Notes: generated from the sequence alone by a model not told the origin. A stretch of DNA of 63,875 nucleotides, filler included, from Chiloscyllium plagiosum (GCF_004010195.1; 3 parts of one record of this genome joined end to end with filler, not necessarily neighbours in it); one strand, 5' to 3'; positions 39,150 through 52,529 are shown, counted from the whole stretch's first letter. Numbers and translations: made by a program.

Positions 39150-41245
39150 AAAAGACCACTGTTGTCCTTAATAGGCCCTATTCGTTCCTTAGTTATCCCT
39201 TTTCCTTAATTTTACTTCATTTTAACAGCCATTATTCTTTTGTGTTTCCTTTTTGCTCTCCTGATTTGCTTTTTAAGTTTCCTCTTGCACATTCCTGAGT
39301 AGATTTGCTATTTTAAACCATCAGTATCTTCCAAAAGCCTTCCTGGTTCTCTTATCCAATCCGGTATATTCCTTGATATCCATGGTTCACAGGATTTACT
39401 GGTCCTAGCCTTTGTCTTTATCAGAATATGTTGGCATTGTACTCTTCCTGATTCCTTCTTGAATGCATCCCATTGGTCTGACATAGATTTACTTGAAAAT
39501 GTTGGCTTCCAGTCCATTCTGGCCAAATCAAAACTGATCTAATTAAAATCAACCACACACACACAAACACACACACACACTTCCCAAGTTAGAAATTTGA
39601 TTGCAGGCCCATCCTTGTTCTTTTTCCAAAACAATCCTGAATCTAACTGAATTATGATTGTTATCTGCAAAATGTGTCCTATTGATAGTTGAATCACTTG
39701 TCTGGCTTCATTTCCTAAGGTTAAGTCCAGAATGACCCTGCCTCCTCCCAACTTGTTTGGCCTTGTACAACATACTGACTGAAAGGCTGTTCTGGACGCA
39801 TTCCTCTCCCTCTAAACCTTTCATACTATGACTACCCCAGTTATTGTTTGAGAAGTTGAAATCACCTACTATCACTACTCAATTACTTTTCCACTTCTCT
39901 GAAATATGCCTATGTATCAGCTGTTTTATTTCTCTTGGACTGTTGGGGGCCTGTAGTACTCTCCCAGTAATGCGATTGATCGTCTTTTATTTTTAAGTTC
40001 TACCCATATGTCTTCACTTCAGTAGCCTTCAAAGATAACCCTTCTTACTGCTGTAGTTGATTCCCTGATCAATATTGCAATGCCTACTTTTATTTTACCT
40101 CCTTCCCTGTCTCACCTGAAGACCCTATGACCTGGAATATTGAGCTGCCAATCCTACCCCTCTCTTAACCATGTCTCAGTGACAGCAATTATACCATATC
40201 ACCATGTTTAAATTTGTGCCCTCAACTCATCTGCCTTATTTATCAAACTCCTTTCATAAGTACATCCAATTGTGTTCAAATCCCTTGTGCCTTAACTGGT
40301 CTGTTGTTTCTGTGCTATCTTGACTCCCTTGCTGTCTCTGCTGTTCAGATTCCCCTGCTGAACCTTCTCTCTGGATCCTACCCCCATGCTAAGTTTATTT
40401 AAACACCCTCCATCAGCACTAGCAAACCTCCCTGCAAGGATGCTGGTTCCATTTCAGTTCAGGTACAACCTGTCCACCTTGCACAGGTCCCACACCTTGA
40501 AAAATTGTCCCAATGTCCCAGAATTCGAAATCCCTCCATCCTGCACAATCTCTCCAGTTATGCATTCATCTGGATTAATCTCATACTTATAGAGTCATAG
40601 AGTCTTATATACTTAACAGCAAGTGACATCAAAAGCAATTGAAAAATTATTACTTTTTGGATCCTGTTCTTTAATCTCTTTCCTAGCTCCCTAAATTCTG
40701 CTCACAGGTCTCATCCCTTTTCTACCTAAGGTAACCAATATGTATCATGATCTCTGGCTGTTTGCCCTTCTCCTTCACAGTACCCTGCAACCATTCATTA
40801 ACATCCCTGACCCTGGCACCAGGGAGGCAACATACCAACCTGAAGTCTCTTAATAAACTGCAGAAATGCCTGTGTGTTCACTTACAATTGAATACACTAC
40901 CACAAAACTCTGCCATTCTTCTTCCTCCCCTCTTGTTTGGAAATGTAAATGGGTACAGGGGACTCCTGCACTGCCTGCCTGCCTCACGCAGCACTGGTGG
41001 TCAGCCGTACACTTCCTGCCCGTTCAGTCTTCACCTGAACACCTCACTGAACATGCTGTTCATGACATGCTTAACATCACAAATGCTCCACCGTGATTCC
41101 ACCTGCAGCTCCAAAATGGAGTTAGCCATTAGCTGTAACTGGTCATGCTTCCTGCATACATAGTCACCAGGCACAACTGAAGCGTCCATGATTTGCCACA
41201 TAACACAGGAGATGTATATCATGAATGCGAACTCTGCTGTCATGA
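39150..41245 (-). mobile_element. Old CR1-type LINE 5' part (ORF1 and endonuclease region)
   Basis: ORF 41031-41243 (SCVMWQIMDASVVPGDYVCRK...LELQV) resembles the CR1 ORF1 zinc-finger/leucine-zipper start. ILDLTLGNEARQV matches LDLLLGNKAGQV at 48408. Contains a (CA)n tract at 39554-39580. Confidence 0.8.
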
Positions 41246-41889
41246 CTTCCTCTCTGGTCCTTTGTTACTCCCTTTTGAAAAAAAAAGTTACGTTTATGGA
41301 AGAATGCTGTGAACCTATTTTCCTTACACTATTTTGCTTAGTTAAATTACTTTATTACATTGTCCCTGACTTTCACTTATACCTGTGATTTCTTAGTTAA
41401 TCCTGTCTTCCGAAATATATATATATATATCTATATATTTTAAATTTTTGAACCATTCAGTACATCACTTCCTTGTAAGCAGACGCTTAAAGATGCTGCT
41501 GTTAAATTCGGACTCCCCTCCCTCTGCTCAGTTGAAGCTGAAGAAAACAGCCTTACCAATAATAAACCACAAACAATGGCATCTTACAAACGATGAACAA
41601 AACAAAAAGCAAAAAAAAACACCTCTGTCCCTCTGCATCGAATCTCCACCATTCTCCAAATTCCCAAAACCTCACACTCACTCAGGCTGTGTCTCAAACA
41701 GAGTGTGTTCTCACACATCTACATGTGCAAAGCATACTGTACGTATGATTGCAACTAGGGAAATTATTTTCATTGGCAGGTTTCCGTTACTTGTTTTATG
41801 CATCAGAGGACTGAAGATTGATTGATGGTGGAATATGTCCCCCTGAGAGGTCATGTCTCTCCTTATTTCAGACAAGTATGTATTCAGCT

Positions 41890-42548
41890 ATAGAGTCATA
41901 GAGGTCTACAGCACAGAAAAAGGCCCTTTGGCCCATCATATCTATGCTGGTCAAAAACAACCACCTAACTATTCTAGTCCCATTTTCCAAAACTTTGCCA
42001 ACAGCTTGGTATGTATGTTTTAGCATTGCAAGGTGTAAGACTTTCTGCCTCTCCCACTCTTACAGGCAGTGAGTTCCATATTCCTGCCACCCTATGGGTG
42101 AAAATATATTTCCTCACATATCCTCTAAATCTTCTGCCCCTTATCTTAAATCTTTGCCCTGGTCATTCATTCCTCCACCAAGTGAAAGATTTTCATCCTG
42201 TCTACCCTATCGATGTTCCTTATAATTTCAATCATGTCCCCTCTCAATATCCTCTGCTCTCAGGAAAACAATCCCAGTTTGTCCAATCCCTCTTAATAAC
42301 TGAAAGTCTCTACCCCAGGCAACATCCTGATAAATCTCTTATGTACCCTATCTGGTGTTATCAAATCCCTCCTACTAAGTGGTCTCTGGAATTGCACACA
42401 ATACCCTAGCTGTGGCCTAAACAACATTTTATACCATTCCAGCATAACTTCCCTGCTCTTAAACTCTATGCCTTGACAAATAAAGGCAAGTATCCCATTC
42501 TTAGCCTTGTTAGCCATGTTATCCACCTATCCTGATACCTCAAGGAGC
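41890..42548 (-). mobile_element. CR1-type LINE 3' fragment
   Basis: ANKAKNGILAFICQGIEFKSREVMLEWYKMLFRPQLGYCVQF; tail TATAGAGTCATAGAG on +. Confidence 0.9.
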
Positions 42549-44778
42549 TTTTAAGTTATTTTGCCCTGTCGCCTCCTGTTTTACCTTTACGAGTTTTATT
42601 GTGCATTGCACTGAAAACTTTCAATTACAATTCCTGAAGCTACTTAGCTCAAACCTATTCACCTCAGTTTAATTCTTTTAGTGGATAGAGTTTCGTCCTC
42701 TTTCTTAATTTCATCAAGTTTCATGCTTCTAAAAGCAAATTTGGACAAGGATCCAGCACAATTTGATTTGCTTCACCAATTAACTACTGACCTTCCCTTT
42801 GTACAAAATTCCTCTTGTGTAACAGAATATTTCAATTCTTTAAATTGTACCCCAAACCTTGGGCTGGTGTTTGCATTCTGCCTATGCTTCCCACAGGGCT
42901 TTTCCTCTGTTGAGCTTACAGCATTCACCTAAGGTGATGCTCCTGATGGAGCAAGAGCAGATTTACAAACTGTAAATAAAACATTTGCAGGCTATTAATT
43001 ACTAGCCACTTGTGCTGCCAATCTTGTTGAGGGACTGCTTACGAGGAGACAATAATCCCAGAGGATGTACGATGCTTTAAACGTATCCAAAGAATCAATT
43101 AGCTGGAGTACTGCTAGAATGGTTTATGTTTCACCTTAACTTGTGGCTAGATTCCAAGCAAGTTAAATAATGATTTTTTTGTTCTCTGTAAAACACTAAA
43201 ACCATCAACAGGAAGCTCCGCTGAGAAAATAAAACTGCTTTTACTTTCCACAATGGGAGGATTCATATTTCTTCCAAATGCTAAAGATGCTGTGGCAGTC
43301 GAGTAAAAAGTACTAAGTCACATGCTCAGCTATTACCTGAATGGGTCTGTGCAGAGGAAACCTGTGCTGCTGGACTTTGAGATTCTTTGCGAATCACAGT
43401 TTCAAGATCTTTGGCAAGTCTGCTACAAAATTAAAATTTACAATAAGCTGAGTTGTCAGACTATTTCATGCTGATGGATGCTGAACAAATATCCTTTATT
43501 TAAGTCTGTCAGAACCATTTGGTAAATTACAATTTATCTTCCTTTCTACTCAAGTTTATCAGTTGTGCACTGATTCTGATGGCAGAACACGAAGTGTGCG
43601 CCACATCCACTCTGTTTTGCTGATCCCACACAATTACAATTAAAATTTAATTTACCAGTGACATTATGGCATATACGTGGGATCATATGGTGGAGGAACC
43701 TTTTCATTTGCAATGGAGCAAGAATAGACAGAATCTCCTGGTCAAATGAGGAGACTTTGCACCATGGCCCCAATTTTCAGTCTCCCTACTTTGCCAGTTA
43801 CATAAAGAGAGTACAAAAGTGGCAAAAATATTTTACATTATGTTGGTTTCACTTTGCTTGAATCTTCAGCACTGTTATTTGTTGTGATTTGCTTATTCAG
43901 AGGCTAATTGGCTGCCTCACGGTTGGCACGCATTGAAGATTATCAGGGAGTCAGAGACCCTTCTTTATTGTGGAGGAAACAATGAAGTGTTTGCAATCTT
44001 TGAATGCTCATATTAGTGCTCAATGTACTCGCCACTCTGGGGCACGGCTGAACTTGTAGACTCAGCTGGCCTTCCATGTGATGCATTTTAAAAGACATCT
44101 CTGTCAGCAGAAATAATTGAAATTTTGTAGGTGAACTCAAAGTCTTGTGAAGACTGTGCCAGCCAATATCCTGTCACATAAGGACAGTTGTAAAACCTCT
44201 CTTTAGGCTTCTCATTCATTCACTTTGATTGACTGTTTCCATCACATTCAGAATCTTAACCTTTTGTCTCATTTTACTTCCATTCATCAGAGACTGTTCT
44301 ACCTTGCATTCCTCCTCCACTCCTCTGTGTTCCTGATCTTATTCCACACCCATGTTACCATGGATTTGTCTTTGCTGATCATGAGCGCCAGGTTGATGTA
44401 AAAGTTCATTCCTTAGGTCCGCTTGCCTGTGTCACAGACTTCAATAAGGAGAACTGCTGACCTCAGCCACAAATACACAAAGCCAACTGGCGCACATCAC
44501 CTTTAAAATAACATGAACTGGGAGTTCACGAGTCCACAAGCTTCTCTAGTGCTGCTGACTTTATCTTGAAGGTGGGATGTAATTATAAAAGTTTAATGCT
44601 CATGACTATTCATGATAGACAAATGCATTACAAGTGCAGAATCTGGCATTTCTCACCATGAGATCCAACACTTCACAAACACGCTGCTGAATGGATCTCT
44701 GCATCTCAAGTCACCATTAATAAATTAACATTTCAGCTCTTACTCAATTCAGGAACCCTGACTGCCACCTTCAATGTT

Positions 44779-45739
44779 TGTAAGGCTTCATTAAATCCCT
44801 TTTATACAATTACCGATTTAATGTGTACAGTGTCACACCTCACTGAGGTAGCACACTGGAAATCAAGCCCTGCTATTCTTGGAGTCATGATAAAAGCTAA
44901 AGATTTTATACAAGTACACATTCCCCATTTTGCCTCTTTTTAAACCCAGGTTGACAGAAAGCGTATACAGGTTCCGGGGCTATAAACCATAAACAGTTAT
45001 AAACTATTGACATATAAATCTATTGGTTAAGACTCTAAACTCTTTCGAAACTCTCCCCCACATGCACATACAGACAGAAAAAAAAATTGGCATTGCAGTT
45101 AGAGGGAAAATCAAGAAAGGCAGTTCAGTGGTCCCTGTTCACTGGGTTCTCTTGGATGATCCTTATGACTTGCCAGGATTGGCTGCTCCTCGACCTCTCT
45201 TCTTCAGGTACTTTCACTTGCTTGTAAGAGGCACTGTGTGACTGGTTCATGACTTTTGAAGTCTCTGATTTATTGGCTAAAAGCATCAGCTTATAGCAAC
45301 TGCAGAGAGAAAATAAACTGGTTTTATTCAGGTTTTATGTGTTTTTTGAACTGCAGAGAAAAGGACACTACTTCCCCTTCTGGAGGTCTAAAAGTTATTT
45401 CTTTCATATCTCCAAGTTCTTCAGCTACATAAAACCAATCAGATTGTTGTGGAATTGTCTTGCAGAAGACGTGCAACTTGTCACCACTCCACAGATCAAT
45501 CCCCTATTTGTTGCTGACCAAATCTCCCTTTGTACAGGCTCCATGGGTCTAGTTCATCTGCAAAAACCTCCCCCTACTGTTCAACAAAGACCAGTATAAA
45601 CAGCACTCACAATGAGTGGCAGTAACCGCTTTTTTTAAAATTGCAGCAAGTCTTCCACAATGTTTGGTTTAAAACAGTCGCTTTCCCATTTCAGTCCACA
45701 ATAAAAAAATACTGAAAAATAGGAAGATAGAGTCTTACA
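44779..45739. mobile_element. Possible solo LTR (about 960 bp)
   Basis: TG...CA ends with an 8/9 inverted repeat (TGTAAGGCT / AGTCTTACA), non-coding interior; no clear TSD. Confidence 0.4.
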
Positions 45740-46016
45740 TCAAAGCCAATAAAATAGCACTGTAATAACCTAAATTCATTATAAATATTAATGACATATC
45801 TTTATGGAACTTAAAGTTTAAGTTATATGAATAAGAAATTGAACTTATTTTGAATTCTTGAAGTGATGAAAATGTTATTCTCTTTAAATCTTTGCATATT
45901 TAATTCTCAAGTGTTGAAGTTCCTTGATAGAATCTGTTGTATGAAATAACAACTCTATCCTTCAAACAACAGAATCAAAATATATTTACTTGAATATAAT
46001 TTGTTTTCAATTACAG

Positions 46017-46120
46017 TGCATTTTCACTTATTCTGAGTCTGTTTGTGATGCGTGTTGGAAATTTGAGTTTCCAGACATTACTTCTCCTTCTGTTTGAAAG
46101 TGAATCCTTGACAATGAAAG
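46017..46120 (+). CDS. MFSD3: MFSD3 third coding exon (104 nt; absent from the ORF track)
   Basis: Acceptor TTTTCAATTACAG ending at 46016, donor AAG|GTATGT at 46121. Phase 2 in matches exon 2. Open translation (N)AFSLILSLFVMRVGNLSFQTLLLLLFESESLTMK(G) aligns with the corresponding MFSD3 helix (R.G.L..QT.L). Confidence 0.88.
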
Positions 46121-46398
46121 GTATGTTGAATGTACGATATGTAGGTTATATGTTTGTAAATAGGCTATTGTTTTCCTATAACAATGCCAAGACTTCAAAA
46201 TGTAGTTAGCTCTATATTGCTTTGAGTTATCCTGATGTTATGAATAGTGCATAAAAATATATTTATTTTGTTTTATGTGAACTACGTTATGTAACTAATG
46301 AATACGGTAATGTGTGAGCTGGTTGATCTACAGGAGGCAACCATGTAATGATAATGTCACTGTATTAATAAGCCAGAAACTCAGGCTAATGTTCTGGG

Positions 46399-46537
46399 GA
46401 TAAGCCCTTCATTCTTGGTGAAGGGCTTATGCCCGAAACGTCAATTCCCCTGCTCCTCGGATGCAGACTGACCTGCTGTGCTTTTCCAGCACCACACTCT
46501 TGACTCTGACTCCAGCATTTGCAATCCACACTTTCTC
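46399..46537 (+). mobile_element. Penelope pseudo-LTR mini-element (family A), 139 bp, 13-bp TSD, hammerhead with mutated core
   Basis: CTAATGTTCTGGG at 46386-46398 and 46538-46550. Reads TTGGTGA-A-GGGC-TTAT-GCCC-GAAA-C-GTC, preceded by a short inverted piece ATAAGCCCTTCA. Confidence 0.88.
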
Positions 46538-46574
46538 CTAATGTTCTGGGCACACCTTCATTTTAGGGATACTT

Positions 46575-46895
46575 GATTAGATTAGATTAGATTAGATTAC
46601 TTACAGTGTGGAAACAGGCCCTTCGGCCCAACAAGTCCACACCGACCCGCCGAAGCGCAACCCACCCATACCCCTCCATTTACCCCTTACCTTACACTAC
46701 AGGCAATTTAGCATGGCCAATTCACCTGACCTGCACATCTTTGGACTGTGGGAGGAAACCGGAGCACCCGGAGGAAACCCACGCAGACTCGGGGAAAACG
46801 TGCAAACTCCACACAGCCAGTCGCCTGAGGCAGGAATTGAACCGTCTCTGGCGCTGTGAGGCAGCAGTGCTAACCACTGTGCCACCGTGCCACCC
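46575..46895 (-). mobile_element. HE1-type SINE, well-preserved full-length copy
   Basis: Minus-strand box A TGGCACAGTGG (46874-46884), box B GGTTCAATTCC (46833-46843), V-domain-like GGTTTCCTCCGGGTGCTCCGGTTTCCTCCC and (TCTAA)n tail. Confidence 0.93.
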
Positions 46896-47519
46896 ACAAT
46901 ATATTCACGGTCAGGATGGGCAAAAAATGCTGGCCCAGCCAGCGATGCCCACATCACAGGAGTGAAAGATTAAAACAAAACTCTCAACACATTTCAAATA
47001 ATAATCTGGAATTGAAAGCTAGTCTTGGTGATGATGACCACAATAACTACCGTCGATTGTTGTAAAAACCTGCCTGGTTCACGAATGTCCGAAGGAAGGA
47101 AATCAGCCATCCTTATCTGGTTTGGTCTTGGACCACAGACTGACAGTTGACTTTTTACTGCGTTTTTAATAGCCCAAGCAAGCCCCTCAGTTTAAGGCAA
47201 TTAGGATGGACAACAAATACTGGCCTTGTCGGGAATGCCCATATCCTGTGAAAGAATTGGAAAAAATGTTTCCACTTTTAACAGAATGCACAGAGGTAGC
47301 AGTGTATGCTATCTAAAGAAATGCATTGTTACACACCTAGGCTTCTATTGACAACTTCCAAGCTGTGACCTACACTACCCAGAAAGATAAAGGTAATCAA
47401 ATCAAGGTCCATCCAGACTATGGAATTTTGTTGCCATTCCTTCAGTGTCACTGTGCCAATATTTCCCAACAGCGCTGTTAGGTCTACTTTCATCTCAAAG
47501 ACTGTAGGAATAAGAAGAT

Positions 47520-50447
47520 AGAGCACATGAATGCGTGGCTGAGGAGCCTATGTATGGGAAAAAGATTCACATTTATGGATCATTGGAATCTCTGATTGGG
47601 ACCTGTACAAGGAGGATGGATTGCACCTGTGTTGGAAGGGGACTAATATACTGGCAGGGAGATTTGCTCGAGCTGCTCGGCAGGATTAAAACTCGTAAGG
47701 TGGAGTAGGGAAGGTGGGTGGTGGGGGGTGGGGGCGGGGTAGTGCGCGGCAGGACCCAGAGCGATAGCGTGGAAAGGGATCAATCTGAAACTGATACAGT
47801 TGGGAAAAGGAGCGAGTCAAACAGACAGTGCAGGCAGGGAAAAACAGAGAGCAAGGTAGGACTGATAAATTAAACTGCATTTATTTCAATACAAGACGCC
47901 TAACAGGGAAAGCAGATTAACTCAGGGCACGGTTAGGAACATGGGACTGGGATATCATAGCAATTACAGAAATATGGCTCAGGGATGGACAGTACTGGCA
48001 GTTTAATGTTCCAGCATATAAGTGCTATCAGAAGGATAGAAAAGGAGGCAAGAGAAGGGAGGGGGTGGGGGAGGGGGTGTGGGATGGGGTGGGTTAGTTG
48101 GCATTTTTGATAAGGGCTACTTAGAGTGGATATTCCTGGAAATACATCCAGGAAAGTTATTTGAGTGGAACTGAGAAATAAGAAAGGGATGATCACCTTA
48201 TTGGGATTGTATTATAGATCCCCCCAATAGTCAGAGGGAAATTGAGAAACAAACTTGAAAGAAGATCTCAGTTATCTGTAAGAATAATAGGGTGGTTAGG
48301 AGAGGGATTTTAACTTTCCAAACATTGACTGGGACTGCCATAGTGTTAAGGGTTTAGATGGAGAGGAATTTGTTAAGTGTATACAAGACAATTTTCTGAT
48401 TCAGTATGTGGATGTACCTACTAGAGAAGGTGCAAAACTTGACCTACTCTTGGGAAATAAGGCAGGGCAGGTGACTGAGGTGTCAGTGGAGGATCACTTT
48501 GGGGCCAGTGACCATAATTCTATTAGTTTTAAAATAGTGATGGAAAAGGACAGACCAGATCTAAAAGTTGAAATTCTAAATTGGAGAAAAGCCAATTTAA
48601 ACAGTATTAGGCAAGAACTTTCAAAAGGTGATTGGGGGCAGATGTTCACAGGTAAAGGGATGGCTGGAAAATGGGAAGCCTTCAGAAATGAGATAACAAG
48701 AATTCAGAGGAAGTATATTCCTGTCAGGGTGAAAGGAAAAGCTGGTAAGGTATAGGGAATGCTGAATGTCGAAAGAAATTGAGGGTTTGGTTAAGAAAAA
48801 GAGGGAAGCATATGTCAGGTATAGACAGGATAGATCAAGTGAATCCTTAGAAAAGTAAAAAGGCAGTCGGAGTATACTTAAGAGGGAAATCAGGAGGGCA
48901 AAAAGAGGACATGATATAGCTTTGACAAATGGGGTTAAGGACAATCCAAAGGGTTTTTACAAATACATTAAGGATAAAAGGGTAACTAGGGAGAGAATAG
49001 GGCCCCTCAGAGAACAGCAAGGCAGCCTTTGTGTGGAGCAGCAGGAGATGGGTTTATACTAAACAACTATTTTGCATCAGTGTTTACTGTGGAAAAGGAC
49101 ATGGAAGATATAAAATGTAGGGAAATAGATGGTAACATCTTGAAAAATGTCCATATTACAGAGGAGGAAGTGCAGAATTTCTTGAATCGCATAAAAGTGG
49201 ATAAATCCCCAGGACCTGATCAGGTGGACCCTAGAGCTCTGTGGGAAGCTAGGGAAGTGATTGCTCGGGCCCTTGCTGAGATATTTGTATTGTCAATAGT
49301 CACAGTTGACGTGACGGAAGACTAGAGGTTGGCTAACGTGGTGCCACTGTTCACGAAGGGTGGTAAGAACAAGCCAGGGAACTATAGACCAGTGAGCCTG
49401 ACATCGGTGGTGAGCAAGGTGTTGAAGGGAATCATGAGGGACAGGATGTGCATGTATTTGGAAAAGCAAGGACTGATTAGGGATAGTCAACATGGCTTTG
49501 TGCGTGGGAAATCATGTCTCACAAACTTGATTGAGTTTATTGAAGAAGTAACAAAGAGGATTGATGAGGGCAGAGCAGTAGATGTGATCTATATGGAATT
49601 CAGTAAGGCGGTCTACAAGGTTCCCCATGGGAGACCGATTAGCAAGGTTAGATCTCACAGAATACAAGGAGAACTAGCCATTTAGATACAGAACTGGCTC
49701 AAGTGTAGAAGACAGAGGGTAGTGGTGGAGGGTTGTTTTTCAGACTGGAGGCCTGTGACCAGTGGAGTGCCACAAGGATCCACTTAATGGCAAGGTCCTA
49801 GGGAGTGTTGCTGAACAAAGAGACCTTGGAGTGCAGGTTCATAGCTCCTTGAAAATGGAGTCACAGGTAGACAGGATAGCGAAGAAGGCATTTGGTATGC
49901 TTTCCTTTATTGGTCAGAGTTTTGAGTACAGGGGTTGAGAGGTCGTGTTGCAGTGGTTCAGGATGTTGGTTAGGCCACTTTTGTAATATTGTGTGCAATT
50001 CTGGTCTCCTTCTATCAGAAAGCTGTTGTGAAACTTGAAAGAATTCAGAAAAGATTTACAAGGATATTGCCAGGGTTGGAGGATTTGAGCTAAAGGGAGC
50101 GATTGAATAGGCTAGGGCTGTTTTCCCTGGAGCGGCAGAGGCTGAGGGGTGACCTTATAGAGGATTATAAAATCCTGAAGGGCATGGATAGGATAAATAG
50201 ACAAAGTCTTTTCCCTAGTGTGAAGGAGTCCAGATCTAGAGGGCATAGGTTTAGGGTGAGAGGTGAAAGATATAAAAAAGATCTAAGGGGCAACTTTTTC
50301 CACCCAGAGGGTGGTATGTGTTAGGAATGAGCTGCCAGAGAAAGTGATGGAGGTGAGTACAATTGGATGGGTATGTGAATAGGAAGGGTTTGGAGGGATA
50401 TGGGCCGGGTGCTGACTAGATTGGGTTGGAATATCTTGTCGGCATGG
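47520..50447 (+). mobile_element. CR1-type LINE (HER1-like): ORF1 end plus ORF2 with an internal RT deletion
   Basis: Esterase-like ORF1 tail (LYKEDGLHL..KGTNILAGRF), endonuclease LDLLLGN...DHN, RT NYRPVSLTS and QHGFVRGKSCLTNL. Collinear with 9916-12468 except about 245 bp missing at 49780. Confidence 0.95.
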
Positions 50448-51139
50448 TGTATATAAGGAAATAGATTAATTGTGGATATTAGAAATGTATTACGATAATT
50501 TTATGAATGTGCTGTTCTATCAAGTAAAGGTCTCAAAGCATGCACCCAATTTAAATACTTTTTAAAGTCAAACTCAACTGACATTTTTGCTTCACCAGTA
50601 GTTCTTAAAATGTATTGCTTGTTGAGTATTAAGTATCACAGGGACAGATTTCACTTTCAATCTCAAAACAATCATAATTAAACTCAATCTGAATTTTGGA
50701 ACAGAATGTTAAATAAATGAATATTTGCAAATTCTGCTTTTATTTATCTATGGAAATAATTGAGCCCTGCTAAACCTTCTCCCCCATCTTGTGAAGAAAG
50801 ACTTTCTCTGCATCACAGTTCTGATCTCCTTATCTACCAGGTGAAACTCGAGCTAGCATTGCTTCTTCCAGGTCCATTATTACAGTATTACCTTTAAAGA
50901 AAAACACTTTTTTTGTGATGGTCTCCAATGGTCCTTTTAAGGACCAGTGATACATGTCGACTGAAAGAGACTCTCGGAAGAAGATTGTAGGCAGTGCTGT
51001 TCTGGCGTGGACTCATTGGCCCTTGCAGTGCCTGTTGTGGCTTGTTATGTGGATACAGCAGTAGAGAATTTCTATGCCATAAAGCCAACTTTCCAGCAAA
51101 TATATGTAGCAACAATATTGAATAAAAAAACAAGTTATT

Positions 51140-51480
51140 GTATGAGATGTGGTCAGCACTGGCACGGCTAGCATTTGTTGTCCAGCCCTGGTTACCGTTG
51201 AACTGATCGGCTCTGCAGACCATTTCAGAGCATGATTATGGGTCAACCACATTGCTATGGTTCTGGAGTCACTTGTAGACCATATCAGATCAGGTAAGGA
51301 TACCAGGTTTTCTTCACTGTAGGACATTAGTGAACCAGATAGATTTTGACAAAATGGTCACCACTAGACTGTTTTTTAATTCGAGATTTTTATCGAATTT
51401 GGATTTCACCATCTAGGACCACCGTCATAGAAGGATTTCAACTCATGTCCCCAGAACCAAAGCCTGGGTTGCTAGATTTC
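51140..51480 (-). mobile_element. SINE family B
   Basis: Reverse complement of the 9213-type element (GGTCAACCACATTGCTATGGTTCTGGAGTCAC...CATTAGTGAACCAGAT on +). Confidence 0.75.
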
Positions 51481-52214
51481 TGCACTCCCCTCTCTCAGAG
51501 GGGAGTGCAGAAATGCAGTGAAGCATAAAGTTTTACATAAAGTTCAGGAATTATGTTTTATGTTTGATCTTAGCTTATCTGGTTAGGAAAGGCTATGGGG
51601 AGTTGAGCCAAATCAGTCTTAGCTCCACTAAACAACATTATTTCTTCCTCGAGACCTACTAAAACTGTTAGTGATTGATATTTCCAGAATTCCAGAAGAA
51701 AATTGCCCACTGCTGTTTGATGCAGGCACTATTTTTAATATAGACGATTTCAAGGTGTTAAGGAACAGGCACAATGTGAAAATGGGTTGTGATATTTAAA
51801 CTGAAAAAGGACATGAGGAAGATGACGGTTGTGAAAAATAGGAAAGTTTACAAAAGCAGAGGTTGATTTGTAAAGAGGACCACGGCCATTATAAAGAGAA
51901 AAACACTAATTGTGCTTCAGGCAGATGCCAGACAGAAAATATAACTGAGAATCACATTATTATGGAAAGTTCAGAGGTGAGGTCTACAAACAAATTAGAA
52001 TTAAGGGAATGTGTCTCGAGGGTGGCAACCAAATGAGGAAGGGAATCCCAAAGTCTTCTATTGGCATATTCATAATAAATGGGTGGTAAAAGGACAAGAT
52101 GCGTGGCTGACATAATAAATGAATATTTTCAATCTGTCATTATCAAGGAATATGATGCTACATACACAATGGCATAGAAAAAATTGTCAGCGGTTGCATG
52201 ACTTGAATAGAGTC

Positions 52215-52529
52215 AAAAAAACTGCAGATGCTGGAATCCAAAATAAACAGGCAGAAGGCTGGAACAGCACATCAAGCCAGGCAGCATTAGGAGGTGGAGA
52301 AGTTGATGTTTAGGTGTAACCCTTCTTCAGGGTCCTGAAGACGGCTTGCACCTGAGAAGTCACACAACACCAGGTTATAGTCCAACAGGCTTATTTGAAA
52401 TCACAAGCACAGGTGACCTAACGAAGGAACAGCGCTGCAAAAGCTGGAGATTTCAGATAAACAAGTTGGACTGTGACCTGGTGTTGTGTGACTTCTGACT
52501 CCAGTCCAACACCAGCATCTCCACATCAT
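52215..52529. mobile_element. Two adjoining hammerhead-type fold-back mini-elements (family C 52215-52355; family B-HH 52356-52529)
   Basis: Minus strand CTGAAGA-AGGGTTACACCT-AAAC and + strand CTGAAGA-CGGCTTGCACCTGA lie back to back around 52330. The second element matches 27243-27470 and has terminal inverted arms GAAGTCACACAACACCAGG / CCTGGTGTTGTGTGACTTC. Confidence 0.72.

Larger units (their letters stand above)
46333..47265 (+). mobile_element. SINE family B split by nested insertions
   Basis: Head at 46333-46398; body resumes near 46990 and ends in the shared tail at about 47265. Confidence 0.7.

Noticed and set aside
46830..46895. tRNA gene
   Set aside because: Box A/B belong to the head of an HE1 SINE and run into the SINE body; no complete cloverleaf.
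50841..50950. Candidate exon after CTACCAG
   Set aside because: Phase-1 translation has no MFSD3 similarity and ends in a stop.
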